From: Klebsiella pneumoniae
GTDB taxonomy: Bacteria > Pseudomonadota > Gammaproteobacteria > Ga0077536
DNA: 64,000 nt
Reading direction: 5' to 3'
Assembly (NCBI GenBank): GCA_945876945.1
Contig: CAMCQE010000001.1
Location: 18,566-82,565 of the forward strand
Part shown: in pieces, positions 18,819-27,879 of the stretch
Layout of the letters: each line of letters begins with the position of its first letter
Position numbering within the stretch: position 1 is the first letter of the stretch
Position numbers and translations under genes: made by a program
The notes under the pieces: generated by a model
Seen by the model: only the letters and a program-made list of their open reading frames with translations
Told to the model about the DNA's origin: nothing
Database searches by the model: none

Positions 18819-20285
18819 ATGAGCGCTACGCAATACGATCACCGCAATCCGCGCATCGTCATCATCGGTGCCGGCATGGCCGGCATTCTCACCGCCATCA
18901 AGCTGCGCGAGGCGGGTTACACCAACTACGCCATCTACGAGAAAACCGACCGCGTTGGCGGCACCTGGCGCGAGAACACCTATCCCGGCATCGCCTGCGA
19001 CGTGCCGTCTCATCTCTACACCTATTCTTTCGAGCCCAATCCCGACTGGACGCAAACCTTTGCCACCGGCCCGGAGATTTGCGCCTACTTCCAGCGCGTG
19101 GCGGACAAATACGGCGTAACCGCGCAGGTTCACTTTAACGAGACCATCCCCTACTGCGAGTTCAAGGACGGGCGCTGGCAGATTCGCACCTCCACCGGCC
19201 GCGAAGACGTGGCGGACGTGGTGATTGCGGCCACCGGCGTGTTGCATCACCCAAACGTGGCGGACATCCCGGGCCTTGAGAGCTTTCAGGGCGTGTCTTT
19301 CCATAGCGCGCGCTGGGATCACAGCGTGCCGCTGGCAGACAAACGCGTGGGCGTGATTGGCACCGGCTCTACCGCCATCCAAATCACCACCGCGATTGCC
19401 GACAAGGTCAAACGCTTCGACCTCTATCAGCGCACCGCCCAGTGGGTGATGCCGATCGAGAACAAGATTTTCACCGAGGAAGAGCGCGCCGCCTTCCGTG
19501 ACGATCCGGTGGCGCTCGCCCAGTTCAAAGCCGAGGCGCTGGATTACTTCAAGCACTTCTCCAACGCGGTAATCGACGCCGATTCGCAGGAAATGGCTGA
19601 ACTCGAGGCCGCGTGCCTGGCCAACCTCGAAGACCACGTGCTGGACCCGGTGCTGCGCGAGAAGCTGCGCCCCAACTATCGTGCGGGCTGCAAACGGCTC
19701 ATCTTCTCGCCCAATTTCTATCAGGCGGTGCAAAGCCCGAACGCGCACGTGATTACCGATGAAATCGCCGCCGTCGAGCCCGCCGGCATCCGCCTGAAGA
19801 CCGGCGAGCTGCGCGAACTCGACGTGCTGGTAGTGGCCACCGGCTTTCGCGCCGACAGCTTCATCCGCCCGACCACCGTGCTCGGGCGTGGCGGCGTGAA
19901 TCTCGACGACGTCTGGTCCGAAAGCCCAACCGCGTATCTGTCGATTTCGATTCCCGAGTTCCCCAACTTCTTCATGCTGAACGGCCCCAACGGCCCGGTC
20001 GGCAATTTCTCGCTGATTTCCATCGCGGAATCGCAGGTGTCCTACATCCTCACGCTGCTGGAAGAAATTCGCGGCGGCCGGTGCCGGGAAATCAGCGCCA
20101 ACGCGGACGTCAGCGCGAGTTTTGAGGAAGAGCGCGTGGCGGCGGCGAAGAAATCCATCTGGTCCACCGGCTGCAAGAGCTGGTATCTGGACAAGAACGG
20201 CGTGCCGGCCAGCTGGCCGTGGTCCCGCGACAAGTTCTTTGAAGTGATGGCCGACCCCAAACTCGAGGCCTTCGACCGCGTCTAG
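18819..20285 (+). CDS. Flavin-containing / Baeyer-Villiger-type monooxygenase
   Basis: GAGMAG dinucleotide fold. FMO/BVMO fingerprint FQGVSFHSARWDH (FxGxxxHxxxWD). Second GxGxxA (GTGSTA). Confidence 0.8.
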   Translation: MSATQYDHRNPRIVIIGAGMAGILTAIKLREAGYTNYAIYEKTDRVGGTWRENTYPGIACDVPSHLYTYSFEPNPDWTQTFATGPEICAYFQRVADKYGVTAQVHFNETIPYCEFKDGRWQIRTSTGREDVADVVIAATGVLHHPNVADIPGLESFQGVSFHSARWDHSVPLADKRVGVIGTGSTAIQITTAIADKVKRFDLYQRTAQWVMPIENKIFTEEERAAFRDDPVALAQFKAEALDYFKHFSNAVIDADSQEMAELEAACLANLEDHVLDPVLREKLRPNYRAGCKRLIFSPNFYQAVQSPNAHVITDEIAAVEPAGIRLKTGELRELDVLVVATGFRADSFIRPTTVLGRGGVNLDDVWSESPTAYLSISIPEFPNFFMLNGPNGPVGNFSLISIAESQVSYILTLLEEIRGGRCREISANADVSASFEEERVAAAKKSIWSTGCKSWYLDKNGVPASWPWSRDKFFEVMADPKLEAFDRV

Positions 20286-20335
20286 GCGCGGGATTGCGCT
20301 GCCAGTCCGGAAGCCGGACTGGCAGGCCTTCCGGT

Positions 20336-21535
20336 CTAACCCAGCAGCGTGGCGCCGGCCTCGGCCATCGCCGTGATTTCCGCCTCGCTGTAGCCAATCT
20401 CCCGCAACACTTCCGCACTGTGCTCACCGAGCCGCGGCGCGAGCCGGCGGATGCTAAGCGGCGACTCCGACCACACGCCCGCCGGGCGCATCTGCTTGAT
20501 GGGCCCTTCGGTCGGATGCTCGTGGGTTTCGAAGTAACCAATCGCCGAGAGGTGCGGGTCGTCCATCAGGGTGTCCAGCGAATTGAGCCGCATGGACGGA
20601 ATGTCCGCTTCGGTAAAAAAGTTCAGCCACTCCTCGGTGGTGCGGGTGCGCATGAGCTCGGCCACCATCCCGTACAGCTCGTTGGTGTGCTTGGTACGAG
20701 TGCCAATCGAGGCGAGGCGCGGGTCGCGGTCGAAATCTTCCTCACGTCCCAGGAAGCGGAAGAAAGACCGCCAATGTTTATCGTTGTAGATGAGCGCGCA
20801 AACATAGCCGTCCTGCGTCGCGAACGGCGCACGGCTACGCGACAGCATGCGCGCATAGCCCGGCGGGCCGGTGGGCGGTTCGTAGGTTTGGCCGGCCATG
20901 TGTTCGCCGAGCGCAAACGGCACCATGGTCTCGAACATCGGCACGTCGATCGCCTGCCCCACGCCCGATTTCTCGCGGCGATAAAGCGCGGCGCTCACCG
21001 CGGCCACCGCGGAGATCCCGACCGTGCGGTCGATCATCGCCACCGGCACATAGCGCGGCACGCCGTCACCCACGGTCGCCACCATCGAGGGGATCGCCAG
21101 CGCGCCCTGAATCAAATCGTCGTAGGCGGGTTTGGCGCCGTAAGGGCCGTCCTGACCGTAGCCAAACACACCGACATAAATAAGCATCGGATTGACCGCC
21201 GAGAGCGCTTCCCAGGTCAGCCCCAAGCGCGCCATCGCCTGCGGGCGCACGTTGTAGATCAGCACATCTGCCGTGCGCACCAGCCGGAATAGCGCTTCAA
21301 GGCCAGCCGGGTTTTTGAGATCCAGCACCATGCCGCGCTTGTTGCGGTTGACGTGCAGAAAGGGCGCGGCAAGGCCCTGATTCTTGACCGGCACCAACCA
21401 GCGGCTGGTGTCGCCGGCGGGCGGCTCCACCTTGATGACCTCCGCGCCGTAGTCGCCGAGGATTTGGGTGGCGAACGGCCCCATCAGCACGGCAGTGAGG
21501 TCGATGATGCGTACGCCTTCCAGTGGTCCGCTCAT
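20336..21535 (-). CDS. Family III CoA-transferase (CaiB/BaiF/Frc family)
   Basis: N-terminus GVRIIDLTAVLMGPFATQILGDYGAEVIKVE and conserved catalytic Asp region. ~400 aa. Confidence 0.85.
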   Translation of the reverse strand: MSGPLEGVRIIDLTAVLMGPFATQILGDYGAEVIKVEPPAGDTSRWLVPVKNQGLAAPFLHVNRNKRGMVLDLKNPAGLEALFRLVRTADVLIYNVRPQAMARLGLTWEALSAVNPMLIYVGVFGYGQDGPYGAKPAYDDLIQGALAIPSMVATVGDGVPRYVPVAMIDRTVGISAVAAVSAALYRREKSGVGQAIDVPMFETMVPFALGEHMAGQTYEPPTGPPGYARMLSRSRAPFATQDGYVCALIYNDKHWRSFFRFLGREEDFDRDPRLASIGTRTKHTNELYGMVAELMRTRTTEEWLNFFTEADIPSMRLNSLDTLMDDPHLSAIGYFETHEHPTEGPIKQMRPAGVWSESPLSIRRLAPRLGEHSAEVLREIGYSEAEITAMAEAGATLLG

Positions 21536-21716
21536 GGCGTGAATCTCCCCTAGCGTCAGTTTTTATTGGATTGAAAGCCTGCGGACTGTGATGGCCAAGC
21601 GGCTTCGTCGCAAGCCTCTACCGTGAGCGCGGCGCGCCACCGGCGTTTGCCGTCTACTAGCCTCCCGGCTTAAGGTGCGGGCCTCTTTAACTTAAAGCCT
21701 TGCACGGAGACCCCTC

Positions 21717-22004
21717 ATGGCCGCCTACATGATTGCCCACGTCACAGTGAAAAACGCCGAAAAATTGCCGGAATACTCCAGCCAGGCCGGCCCGACCTTC
21801 GCCCCTTTCGGCGGCGCGCCGGTCGCGCGCGGTAAGGTCGTGGAAGTGCTCACCGGCACCCACGCGGGCCATGCCGCGCTCATCGTCAAATTCCCCGACG
21901 CCCAGTCCGCCCGCGACTGGTACAACTCGCCGGCCTATCAGGCCCTCATCCCGCTGCGCGATGAAGCCATCGACGCCACTTTCGTGCTGATCGAAGAGGC
22001 CTGA
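21717..22004 (+). CDS. DUF1330 domain protein
   Basis: ~95-aa dimeric alpha+beta barrel-like family (MAAYMIAHVTV…). Weak similarity call. Confidence 0.55.
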   Translation: MAAYMIAHVTVKNAEKLPEYSSQAGPTFAPFGGAPVARGKVVEVLTGTHAGHAALIVKFPDAQSARDWYNSPAYQALIPLRDEAIDATFVLIEEA

Positions 22005-22080
22005 GTCCAGACTCAAGCCCACACGCCTGAACGGCCGGCAGCACTCAAAGCGGCTGGCCGTCCAGGCCCCTGCCTGACGC

Positions 22081-22488
22081 TCATTCCACCGTAATCGTCA
22101 CCACCTCGGACATCACCGGCGGTTGATGCGGCACATGGGCAAAATCCCCCAGCAGAAGTTGCAGCGTGTGCTTGCCGGGCGCGAGCGTGAGCGCGGTTTC
22201 GGTCTGGCCGCCACCAAAGTGCAAATGCTGGGCATCTTTCGGCACCGGCTGACTGAGGTCCGGCAAGGGCACATCCACCAGCAAATGGTGGTGGCCAGTC
22301 TTCTCAAGCTTGGTGCCGGCGGGCGCCACGCCCCATGGCGCGCGTAGTCCGAACACCACCGTCACCGGACTTTTAACCACCGCCCCGGCGGCGGGTGAAA
22401 TGATATAGGCCACGGAATCGGCGGCCTGCGAAAACGTGCTGGCCAGCGCGAGGGCGGCACTGATCAAACAGCTGCGGAGAGAACTCAT
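22081..22488 (-). CDS. Periplasmic DUF4399-like protein
   Basis: Signal peptide, HHLLVD / HLHFGGGQTE motifs. Start at MSSLRS. Confidence 0.5.
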   Translation of the reverse strand: MSSLRSCLISAALALASTFSQAADSVAYIISPAAGAVVKSPVTVVFGLRAPWGVAPAGTKLEKTGHHHLLVDVPLPDLSQPVPKDAQHLHFGGGQTETALTLAPGKHTLQLLLGDFAHVPHQPPVMSEVVTITVE

Positions 22489-22531
22489 GGGCGTGCTCCA
22501 GGAAGTGAAGGGTGTTCGGATGATACGGGAA

Positions 22532-24511
22532 TCACGTCGGCCGACCCGGTTTGAACGCATTCACGCGCGCGCGCAGCGCGCTCAGGCCCGTGGGTGCATC
22601 GGCATAGCGGAGTAAGGCAAACGCCTGCGCGATCGCCTGCACCTCGGCGGCCAGATCGGCCCGGCTCGCCGCCACCCGCTCGGCATATTCCAGTGGTCCT
22701 TCGCTCGGGCTGCGGGGCAGGCCGACGCGCGCCAGACGATTGCAAAAAGTGCCGTAAATCCGGAGCGCCGGCGGCAGGCGCGTCACCGCACGATTGCGCA
22801 GTAGCAGCAGGGTCAGCAGCCCCAATAAAGCCCCCATGACCGAGGTCAGCCAGAGCACCAGACGCGCCGGCGTCACCTCTTCCATCCCCAAGGCTTCGAG
22901 CAGGCCGCGCTGGCGCTCGGCGCTATAGCCAAGCACCCATTGGCTCCAGTGATAGTTGGCCGAGTCCCACAGCTGGCGGGCGCCGTTGAAGACGCGGGCC
23001 GCAAAGCCGGCGCTATCGAGCATGCGCAGCGGGCCGCGCTCACCGGCAAAGGAATTGATGCCCAGCGACACCCGCTCGGGCGCCACCGCCGCGGTAGGGT
23101 CCACGCGCACCCAGCCGCGCGTCTCCAGATATACCTCGGCCCAGGCGTGGGCATCACGCTGGCGGACCAGAAAGTAGTCGCTCATGGTGTTGTATTCGCC
23201 GCCCTGATAGCCGGTGACAACCCGCGCGGGCACGCCGGCCGCGCGCATCAAGACCACGAACGCCGCCGCAAAGTGCTCGCAAAATCCCTGACGGGTGTCG
23301 AACAGAAAGCCGTCGATGGGGTCATTGGGCAAGACCGGCGGCGTGAGGGTGTAGGTAAACGCTTCCTGCCGGAAGTTGAGGAGCGCAGCGTCCACAATTT
23401 GCGGTGGCGCGAGGCCTTGCGCCACCCAGCTCGCGGCCAGCGCACGGCTCCGCGGATGGGCTCGTTTCGGCAGGACGAGCGCGGCCGCGCGATCGGCCGG
23501 TGTGAGGTCCGGCAAGCGGTAATCAAGCGCCGACTCCAGGCGGTAGCGCAGCTGGCGTTTGATGGGCTCGGTGGCCACCAGATCGCGCCCGCGTTGCGCG
23601 CGGCTTTTTGCATCGCTATAGGTTACGGCGTCCAGCGCTGGCAGCCAGCGCTCACCGTGCGCTTCGAGAAGGATGTCGTAGCGAAGGCGGCGTCCCTCCA
23701 CCACCACCGGCGGGGCGGCCGCACTCTCAATCGCGCCGGCCCGCCAGGTGCGCCCGTCGGTGGCCCACAGCACCGGCCCGCGCCAGTAGAGATCGCGCGC
23801 GGACGGCGTGGTGTCGATAAAGGCAACGCGGAAAGCGACCTCGTCCGAGGTGCCCAGATGCGCGATGCGGCCGATGGTCATTTCGTCCGACAAGCCCGTC
23901 ACCGCCTGGGCGCTATCGGTCGGCACGCCCCACAAGGGTCCCGGCAGACGCGGAAACAGGACAAAGCACACCGCCATCAGCGGCAAACTTTCCAGCACCA
24001 TCAAGGCGCCGAGGCGCGCACAGGCGCGCGCCGGCAGGCGCGCCGGGGCGTTCACGCGCACCAGCGCCGAGGTCGTGAGCATGGTCACCCCGAGCAGATA
24101 TAGCGCCGTGGGAATGGCCTGCGAGAACAGGAAATTGGTCACCACCAGAAAGTAGGTGAGCAGGCACACGGCGTAGTAGTCGCGACCGTTGCGCAATTCG
24201 AGCAGCTTTAGCCCCGCCATCGCGCTCAACATCGCCACCCCGGCATCCCGCCCCAGCTGCCCCTGATAAACCGCATAGATCAGGACAAACGTCAGCACGG
24301 CGAGGCCCTGCAGGCCCCACCACAGCACCGGCCGATGGCGTTCCGGCAAGGGTAAGCGGCCCAGTGCGCCCAGCATCCGCCAGCTCACGCAGACCACAAC
24401 GCCTAAAGAGAGCGCCACCGGCAAACGCCCCGCATGAGGCGCGAGCGCGAGCGCAACGGCAGCCAGACACCACCAGAGGTCGGAGGCAGTGAGCGTGCGC
24501 GCGGTGCTCAT
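22532..24511 (-). CDS. tgpA: Transglutaminase-like membrane protein (TgpA family: DUF3488 - TGase core - DUF4129)
   Basis: N-terminal multi-TM block. Cys-protease-like TGase core (GFCEHFAAAFVVLMRAAGVPARVVTGY). Conserved partners DUF58 and MoxR upstream. Confidence 0.8.
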   Translation of the reverse strand: MSTARTLTASDLWWCLAAVALALAPHAGRLPVALSLGVVVCVSWRMLGALGRLPLPERHRPVLWWGLQGLAVLTFVLIYAVYQGQLGRDAGVAMLSAMAGLKLLELRNGRDYYAVCLLTYFLVVTNFLFSQAIPTALYLLGVTMLTTSALVRVNAPARLPARACARLGALMVLESLPLMAVCFVLFPRLPGPLWGVPTDSAQAVTGLSDEMTIGRIAHLGTSDEVAFRVAFIDTTPSARDLYWRGPVLWATDGRTWRAGAIESAAAPPVVVEGRRLRYDILLEAHGERWLPALDAVTYSDAKSRAQRGRDLVATEPIKRQLRYRLESALDYRLPDLTPADRAAALVLPKRAHPRSRALAASWVAQGLAPPQIVDAALLNFRQEAFTYTLTPPVLPNDPIDGFLFDTRQGFCEHFAAAFVVLMRAAGVPARVVTGYQGGEYNTMSDYFLVRQRDAHAWAEVYLETRGWVRVDPTAAVAPERVSLGINSFAGERGPLRMLDSAGFAARVFNGARQLWDSANYHWSQWVLGYSAERQRGLLEALGMEEVTPARLVLWLTSVMGALLGLLTLLLLRNRAVTRLPPALRIYGTFCNRLARVGLPRSPSEGPLEYAERVAASRADLAAEVQAIAQAFALLRYADAPTGLSALRARVNAFKPGRPT

Positions 24512-25434
24512 GTTGGCATCAGGGCGAGCGCGCGCAGGCTGCGCTCGCGATGAGCGGGGCCGGTAGTCGGCGGCAGTTCCAGCGCCGGCAGCTGCAAGCC
24601 GAAGGGGGTGCCTGCGCGGTCGGCCTCAAGGACCCAGCGCGTGAGTTGCGAGATACGCGCTTCGACCCCGCCGAGGGCCGCCGTATCGACCCATCGCAGC
24701 CACAGATCCCCGTGCCCGCCGCCCTGCAGCTGTTTCACGACCAGATCTTCGCTGCGAGCGGAGGCCTTCCAGTGCACGCTGCGCAGGGAATCGCCCGCAA
24801 CGTAGGCGCGCAGGCCGGCAAAGTCGTCCACGCCGGGGCCGGCGCTACCGGCCTCGTCGACCGCCGTTGCGGTCACGCCGGGCAGCGGCAGTTTGCCCGC
24901 CGCCACCGGATAGACCAGACAGCGCGCGCTCGGTTTGAAGTAACCCCAGGTGCGAAACATGCCGAGCGGAAACTGGCTGCTGACTTCCACCCGCCCCAAC
25001 ACCAGCCAGCCGCGGTGGACGGTGGGCACGCTCAGGACAGCCAGCGCCGCGCCACGCTCTATCGTCGGACATTCGCCAAAGCCTTCGGTCTGCGGGCGCC
25101 ACCACCAAAAGCGCTGGCTGCGCGGCAGCAGCCGCCGGAACGAAAAAGCGTAACGCGCGAGCACGCTAGCGTCGGTCAGGGAAAGTTCGAAGCGCGCCGG
25201 CATGCCCGCATGAACCGGCGCCGCATCTTCCGTGTCAAGCGCGATGCCCTTGAGGTTGCGCCAGGTCCTGAGCATTGCCGAGAACATCAGGCCCAGCAGC
25301 AGAAAGCTGAGGATGTAGGCCAGCGCGTTGTCGTAGTTGGTGGCGCCGATGAGAATCAGCCCAATGACTCCGAACAGCGCGAAGCCGGGGCGGGTGGGCA
25401 CGATGTAAACGCGTCGCCGGTCGAGGATGTCCAT
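24508..25434 (-). CDS. DUF58 (vWA-like) protein of the MoxR/DUF58/TgpA module
   Basis: N-terminal TM pair, DUF58 core. ATGA-type overlap with tgpA. Confidence 0.75.
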   Translation of the reverse strand: MDILDRRRVYIVPTRPGFALFGVIGLILIGATNYDNALAYILSFLLLGLMFSAMLRTWRNLKGIALDTEDAAPVHAGMPARFELSLTDASVLARYAFSFRRLLPRSQRFWWWRPQTEGFGECPTIERGAALAVLSVPTVHRGWLVLGRVEVSSQFPLGMFRTWGYFKPSARCLVYPVAAGKLPLPGVTATAVDEAGSAGPGVDDFAGLRAYVAGDSLRSVHWKASARSEDLVVKQLQGGGHGDLWLRWVDTAALGGVEARISQLTRWVLEADRAGTPFGLQLPALELPPTTGPAHRERSLRALALMPT

Positions 25435-25451
25435 CGGCGGGACGGCCGGAC

Positions 25452-26396
25452 TCAGGGAACCGGCACGCCGCTGAGCAAGGCCTCGACCACGGCGGTCGGC
25501 GATTGGCCGTCGCCGCGCAAACTCAGGCGATGGGTTATCACGGCGGGCAGCACGGCCTTCAGGTCTTCCGGCAGCGCGTGGCCCCGACCGTTCAACAAGG
25601 CCCAGGCGCGAGCGGCCCTAAGCAAGGCCAAGCCCGCACGCGGCGACAAGCCGTGCGCCAGCGCCGGCATTTCGCGCGAGCGAGCCAGCAGGTTTTGCAG
25701 ATAGTCGAGCCAGGGGTCAGCGAGATGCACGGTGTCCACGCTCGCCTGCAGGCGCTGCAGCGTAGCGGTATCGAGCAAGGGCTTAAGCGTCGCGAGCAGG
25801 CCGCGCCGGTCGCTGCCGCGCAGCAGCTCGCGTTCGGCGCTGCGATCGGGGTAACCGAGGGACAGCCGCATAAGGAAGCGATCGAGCTGCGATTCCGGCA
25901 GCGGGTAAGTGCCTACTTGCTCGGTAGGGTTTTGCGTGGCGATCACAAAGAACGGCACCGGCAGCGCGAGCGCCCGGCCTTCCACCGTGACCTGCCGCTC
26001 TTCCATCGCTTCCAGCAGCGCGCTCTGCGCACGTGGCGTGGCGCGATTGATCTCATCTGCCAGCAAGACCTGGGTAAACACCGGCCCCTGATGAAAGCGG
26101 AAACTGCCGTCGTTCCGGTCGTAGACCGACACCCCGATGACGTCCGCCGGCAGCAGGTCGCTGGTGCATTGCAGCCGCTGACAGGACAGCCCGAGCAAGC
26201 GGGCCAGCGCATGGGCGAGCGTGGTTTTGCCCACCCCCGGCAGATCTTCCAGTAGCAGATGACCGCCGGCGACCAGACAGGTCACCGCCAGTCGCAGCAC
26301 CTCGCGCTTGCCGAGCAGGATGGTGCTGGCGGCGTCGACGACGCCTTCAAGCTGAGTCCGCGCCGCGGCGGCAGAGAGGGGTTCCAATGCAGACAT
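25452..26396 (-). CDS. moxR: MoxR-family AAA+ ATPase
   Basis: Walker A GVGKTT, Walker B LLADEINRA, sensor motifs, ~314 aa. Confidence 0.9.
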   Translation of the reverse strand: MSALEPLSAAAARTQLEGVVDAASTILLGKREVLRLAVTCLVAGGHLLLEDLPGVGKTTLAHALARLLGLSCQRLQCTSDLLPADVIGVSVYDRNDGSFRFHQGPVFTQVLLADEINRATPRAQSALLEAMEERQVTVEGRALALPVPFFVIATQNPTEQVGTYPLPESQLDRFLMRLSLGYPDRSAERELLRGSDRRGLLATLKPLLDTATLQRLQASVDTVHLADPWLDYLQNLLARSREMPALAHGLSPRAGLALLRAARAWALLNGRGHALPEDLKAVLPAVITHRLSLRGDGQSPTAVVEALLSGVPVP

Positions 26397-26450
26397 GCGG
26401 CCACACTCCTATCACCAGAGGTTGAATCGAACCACGCTGCGGGTTAGTGC

Positions 26451-27782
26451 TTACTCGCCGGCAATGGTCATTTCGGGCAACAACAGCGAACCACAGTGCA
26501 CGCTACCGCGTCGCTCCAGATCGCTGCCGCTTGCCACCAGCCCGGCGAACATTTCGCGCAGATTGCCGGCAATGGTGATCTCCTCCACCGGGTAGGCCAG
26601 CTCGCCGCGCTCCACCCAAAAGCCGCTGGCGCCGCGCGAGTAGTCGCCGGTCAGGAGATTGACCCCGAAGCCCATAAGGTCGGTGACCAGCAGGCCGGTG
26701 TACATCTGCCGCAGCAAGGCGGCGAAGTCCGCGCCCTGATCGCTCACCACCAGATTGTGGGCGCCCCCCGCATGGCCGGTGGGCGGCAGTCCAAGCCGAC
26801 GGGCCGAGTAGCCGTCGAGCAAATAGCCGTTCAACACGCCGGCGGCGACCAGCGGGCGCGCCAGCGTCCGCGCGCCCTCACTGTCGAACGGCGCGCTACC
26901 CAGACCACGAGGCCGGTGCGGCTGTTCATCAATGCTGAGGAAGGACGGGAAGATTGGGGTGCCGGCGGCACCGCGCAGAAAGCTCGCCTCGCGATACAGA
27001 TTGCCACCCGACACCGCGGAGAGCAGGTGGCCAATGAGGCCGGTCGCAATGCGATTCTCGAACAACACCGGCGCCTTGCGGGTGCTGAGGCGGCGCGCGC
27101 CGAGTTTGGCCAGCGTGCGCTCGGCGGCGCGGCGGCCAATGCTCGCGGGCGACTCCAGATCTGCCGCCCGGCGGGCGCTGGTAAACCAGTAGCCGCGCTG
27201 CATCGCGCCGTCGCGTGCGCCGACCACGGTGCAGCTGAGACCGTGCCGGGTCGCCCGATAAGCGCCGCGAAAGCCCTGACTGTCGGCGTAGGCGCGCAGG
27301 CCCTGATAGCGGCTGACGGCGGCCTCATCGACCTGCTGGATTTCAGCGCCGCCTTCGCGCGCCGCGGCTTCGGCTTCCAACGCCAGCGCGATGCCCTCCT
27401 CGGCGCTGAGCGCCCAGGGATGGTCAAGGTCCAGATCGGGATATTCCAGCGCCAGCATCGCGGGGTCGATGAGGCCGGCGTAAGGGTCGGCCTCGGCCGC
27501 GCGGGCGATCTGGACGGCGGCGGCCACGGTGTCAGCCACCGCGCCGGTTGAAAAGTCGGTGGTGGTCGCGCTGCCTTTGCGCTGCCCCAGATACACCGTG
27601 ATGCCGAGCGATTTGTCGCGCTGCTGTTCGAGCACTTCAACTTCGCCGTTGCGGACCGCGATCGACAGTCCGCTGCCGGCGCTAACGGCCACCGCAGCGG
27701 CGGCACCGGCGCGACGCGCTTCGTTGATGGCGTGATCGGCAACCAGCAGGGCCTGGTCGTGAGAGATAAGCGGTTGTTCCAT
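26451..27782 (-). CDS. pmbA: Metalloprotease PmbA/TldE (TldD/PmbA family)
   Basis: Full-length TldD/PmbA-fold similarity. Start at MEQPLISHD, 33 codons inside the tracked ORF. Confidence 0.8.
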   Translation of the reverse strand: MEQPLISHDQALLVADHAINEARRAGAAAAVAVSAGSGLSIAVRNGEVEVLEQQRDKSLGITVYLGQRKGSATTTDFSTGAVADTVAAAVQIARAAEADPYAGLIDPAMLALEYPDLDLDHPWALSAEEGIALALEAEAAAREGGAEIQQVDEAAVSRYQGLRAYADSQGFRGAYRATRHGLSCTVVGARDGAMQRGYWFTSARRAADLESPASIGRRAAERTLAKLGARRLSTRKAPVLFENRIATGLIGHLLSAVSGGNLYREASFLRGAAGTPIFPSFLSIDEQPHRPRGLGSAPFDSEGARTLARPLVAAGVLNGYLLDGYSARRLGLPPTGHAGGAHNLVVSDQGADFAALLRQMYTGLLVTDLMGFGVNLLTGDYSRGASGFWVERGELAYPVEEITIAGNLREMFAGLVASGSDLERRGSVHCGSLLLPEMTIAGE

Positions 27783-27879
27783 GCGCGCGAGGGCTCCGGA
27801 GTGTGGGTTTGATTGTAGCCGAAGCCGCTGCGGCACTGCGCTCATGGCGAGGGTCGCTGTGGCCTCGTAGAATCCGGCC

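Noticed and set aside
18687-19748. Upstream 354 codons of the 653-aa minus-strand ORF that contains hpnK
   Set aside because: Region is fully covered on the plus strand by a well-supported BVMO/FMO gene (GAGMAG, FxGxxxHxxxWD). The minus frame is a high-GC shadow ORF with no motifs. hpnK homology begins at MYDDSPP (18686).
22940-24103. 387-aa plus-strand ORF antisense to tgpA
   Set aside because: Arg/His/Gln-rich low-complexity shadow ORF. tgpA coding on the minus strand is supported by domain architecture.
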